Below, piece by piece: positions 15,448-17,420 of a DNA stretch of 17,420 nucleotides. Every line of letters begins with the position of its first letter. The stretch's first letter is position 1. Source of the stretch: Candidatus Zixiibacteriota bacterium (lineage in GTDB: Bacteria; Zixibacteria; MSB-5A5; WJJR01); contig JAVHPP010000039.1 of assembly GCA_036170655.1 (NCBI GenBank), positions 1-17,420 of the forward strand, in the 5' to 3' direction. The translations under genes were made by a program, and so were the position numbers. Below the pieces are notes generated by a model. The model was given only the letters and a program-made list of their open reading frames with translations. It was not told the DNA's origin and made no database searches.

Positions 15448-16266
15448 ATGCCGGAACTGCCTGAAGTTGAGACGGTGGTGCGCGGGCTGCGTCGCCATCT
15501 GCTGATGAGAGGTATCCAGCGGGTGATCTTCGCTTCGGAACGAATCGCAGCGGCCAATCAGCCGGAGTGGGAATCGCACTTGCGCGGGCGTAGGATCGAA
15601 GCGGTCGAGCGACGGGGCAAGTACATCCTCGTCCGGCTATCCGGCGAGGAGGTTATGATCGTGCATCTGCGGATGACAGGACGGCTCTGGGTCAAACCCG
15701 TCCGTTACCGGCGTGCAATACACGATCGTTTCATCCTGTCGCTGGATGATGGCCGTCGGCTTGTCCTCGTGGACCCACGCCAGTTCGCACGGGTGGAGCG
15801 GACAACGGCAGATCACTTGGAGGAGCACCCCGGATTGCGCAAGTTGGGTCCTGATGCTTTGACCATCGGCCACGCGACGCTGAGGTGCGTATGCAAGTCG
15901 TCACACCGGCCCATCAAGGCCCTTCTCTTGGACCAAACCCGTCTGGCCGGATTGGGGAACATTTATGCAGATGAGTGTCTGTTTCGGGCGCGAATTCGCC
16001 CGGCAACACCAGCGGATTCACTCGGCTTGATTCGAATCGAACGCCTTCGCACTGCGATCACGTCTGTTCTCACAGAGGCAATCGAACTTTGTGGGACAAC
16101 CTTCGATACCTTCTCGGATGTGGAAGGCACAAGCGGCGGGTTCGGGCCACATCTGATGGTGTATCGCCGGACCGGTCAACCATGTCTCCATTGCGGTGCG
16201 ATTATCCGGCGCATCGTGATTTCCGGACGCGGCACGCATTTTTGCCCGCGTTGTCAGGCACGATAG
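15448..16266 (+). CDS. mutM: Formamidopyrimidine-DNA glycosylase
   Basis: MPELPEVE, RRGKY, HLRMTG, H2TH LLDQTRLAGLGNIYADE, zinc finger CLHC...CPRCQ. Confidence 0.97.
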   Translation: MPELPEVETVVRGLRRHLLMRGIQRVIFASERIAAANQPEWESHLRGRRIEAVERRGKYILVRLSGEEVMIVHLRMTGRLWVKPVRYRRAIHDRFILSLDDGRRLVLVDPRQFARVERTTADHLEEHPGLRKLGPDALTIGHATLRCVCKSSHRPIKALLLDQTRLAGLGNIYADECLFRARIRPATPADSLGLIRIERLRTAITSVLTEAIELCGTTFDTFSDVEGTSGGFGPHLMVYRRTGQPCLHCGAIIRRIVISGRGTHFCPRCQAR

Positions 16267-16437
16267 AGAGCCACGGAATCAGGCCGCTACTCATTGTCTA
16301 TCAATGAGTTGACATATTGTAAGATCCGGCTGGATGAAACGATCGCCAACGTGTTGCGATGGTGGCTCAATGTCTCCGCCCGCAAAGCCGATTGATAAAC
16401 TGAGGTGACAGTGGAGACAGGACAGACAGCAGAGAGA

Positions 16438-16821
16438 ATGCCAGCGGCGCGAATAATCGATGTGCTGGTGGTTGACGACGAGCGCTCCATTCTCGGCGTC
16501 GCCCGTGAGATCATCGGGGAGTATGGCCATCGCGTGTGGGTGGCCGGCAACGGCGCGGATGCCCTTCTCCATCTGGAATCAGAGAAAGCCGATCTCATCA
16601 TCACCGATATCATGATGCCGGGAATGGATGGCATCGAGCTGTGCCGCCGTATCCGCACGCAACATCCGTCAATGCCGTTGGCAATCATGACCGGCTACTC
16701 GAATCGTGAATTGCTGCGCCAAGCGGAGGATATCGGCATCCTGGAATGTCTGAGAAAGCCGTTCAAGGCGTGCGACATGATGGCGGTCGTCAACCGTGTC
16801 GCGCAGCAACCATCGCTATAA
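16438..16821 (+). CDS. Single-domain response regulator (CheY-like receiver)
   Basis: VLVVDDE, TDIMMPGMDG, MTG, RKPF. Start ambiguous (GTG 16405, GTG 16411, ATG 16438). Confidence 0.92.
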   Translation: MPAARIIDVLVVDDERSILGVAREIIGEYGHRVWVAGNGADALLHLESEKADLIITDIMMPGMDGIELCRRIRTQHPSMPLAIMTGYSNRELLRQAEDIGILECLRKPFKACDMMAVVNRVAQQPSL

Positions 16822-16838
16822 GAGTTTCGCGCATCTGC

Positions 16839-16876
16839 AAAAAAAGACCGGCCGGACGGGAACCTGTCCAGCCGAT
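16839..16876 (-). terminator. Rho-independent terminator of the minus-strand lipoprotein gene
   Basis: Minus strand ATCGGCTGGAC / GTCCGGCCGGT 11-bp stem (2 G-U pairs valid on the minus strand only), then C and T7 (A-run 16839-16845). Confidence 0.8.
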
Positions 16877-16900
16877 TCTCATTTGTGCTGCCACGGCCTC

Positions 16901-17420
16901 TCAGCCCGCCGAAAATGTGATCAGCAACTGGCTGCCTTCGTTAATCTTGAGCCTAAAGGGCAGATTCGTGGCGATTCCGTACAGGTAAAAATCGCCCGTC
17001 TCCACCAGCGAAAGGAAAGCGGCCAAATTCTCTCTGTAGGTCACCGACTCGTCGAATCCGATCGTTCTGGTCTCCCCAGGAGCGACGCTGATCCCATGCA
17101 GGATACGCGTAGCGTGGGCCAGCACGTCTTCTGTGGTCATGTACAGCGAATCTGACACGTAGACGGCACCGGTGTCGCGAACGCCACCGGTATTCTGAAT
17201 GACCACCTTGAATTTCACATCGACGATGTTTTTGATGTCGTCCTTGTGATCTTTCCAGGTGGAATTCCCCGTCAGGTCGATGTGCTTTGAGTACAGGGGC
17301 TTCTCGATAGACGGTTCGCCACCCCAAGGGATAACAATCACGAACTGGCCGGAAACAATACATCCGACAAGGACGAGTATTGCGGTGATGCCTGTCAGTG
17401 CGAGCGCGTGGCGTAAAAAC
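16901..17420 (-). CDS. Hypothetical lipoprotein; start codon beyond the right edge
   Basis: The frame of track ORF 16901..17341 stays open to the edge: FLRHALALTGITAILVLVGC-IVSGQFVIVIPWGG..., a hydrophobic signal ending in lipobox LVGC (Cys 17362-17360). The edge base reads G on the minus strand and could be the last base of ATG/GTG. Followed by a terminator. Confidence 0.82.
   Translation of the reverse strand, partial: FLRHALALTGITAILVLVGCIVSGQFVIVIPWGGEPSIEKPLYSKHIDLTGNSTWKDHKDDIKNIVDVKFKVVIQNTGGVRDTGAVYVSDSLYMTTEDVLAHATRILHGISVAPGETRTIGFDESVTYRENLAAFLSLVETGDFYLYGIATNLPFRLKINEGSQLLITFSAG

Noticed and set aside
5445..15579. Long antisense ORFs (5445-6038, 6533-7252, 8312-9211, 13536-14306, 14899-15579)
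   Set aside because: Typical stop-poor mirror frames of GC-rich genes, with no motifs.
1..17420. Mobile elements, CRISPR arrays, tRNA/rRNA, defence or biosynthetic clusters
   Set aside because: I saw no transposase, integrase, regularly spaced repeats, cloverleaf or abrupt compositional shift by eye; the content is housekeeping.

Overview
A GC-rich (roughly 60% by eye) bacterial core-genome segment. I found no mobile element, CRISPR array, rRNA or tRNA. Left to right: a minus-strand hypothetical CDS running off the left edge (missing from the ORF track); an EamA/DMT transporter; rpoN (sigma-54, with a 71-aa C-terminal tail) and an intrinsic terminator; glpX, hpf/raiA, hprK; an MlaD/MCE protein; a heterodimeric MdlAB/BmrCD-type ABC exporter pair overlapping suhB; a convergent phosphomannomutase plus tandem REC-REC response regulator; an orphan MalK-type ATPase followed by mutM; a stand-alone REC protein; and a predicted lipoprotein running off the right edge. 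The MlaD protein suggests a diderm; an FCB-associated lineage such as candidate Zixibacteria is a guess, not a result. The best leads are glpX (an FBP phosphatase) embedded in the rpoN-hpf-hprK cluster, an atypical sigma-54 recognition helix and tail, three strongly structured intergenic segments (one with 6S-like features), and the uncharacterised edge gene. Nothing here is demonstrably a new system from sequence alone.
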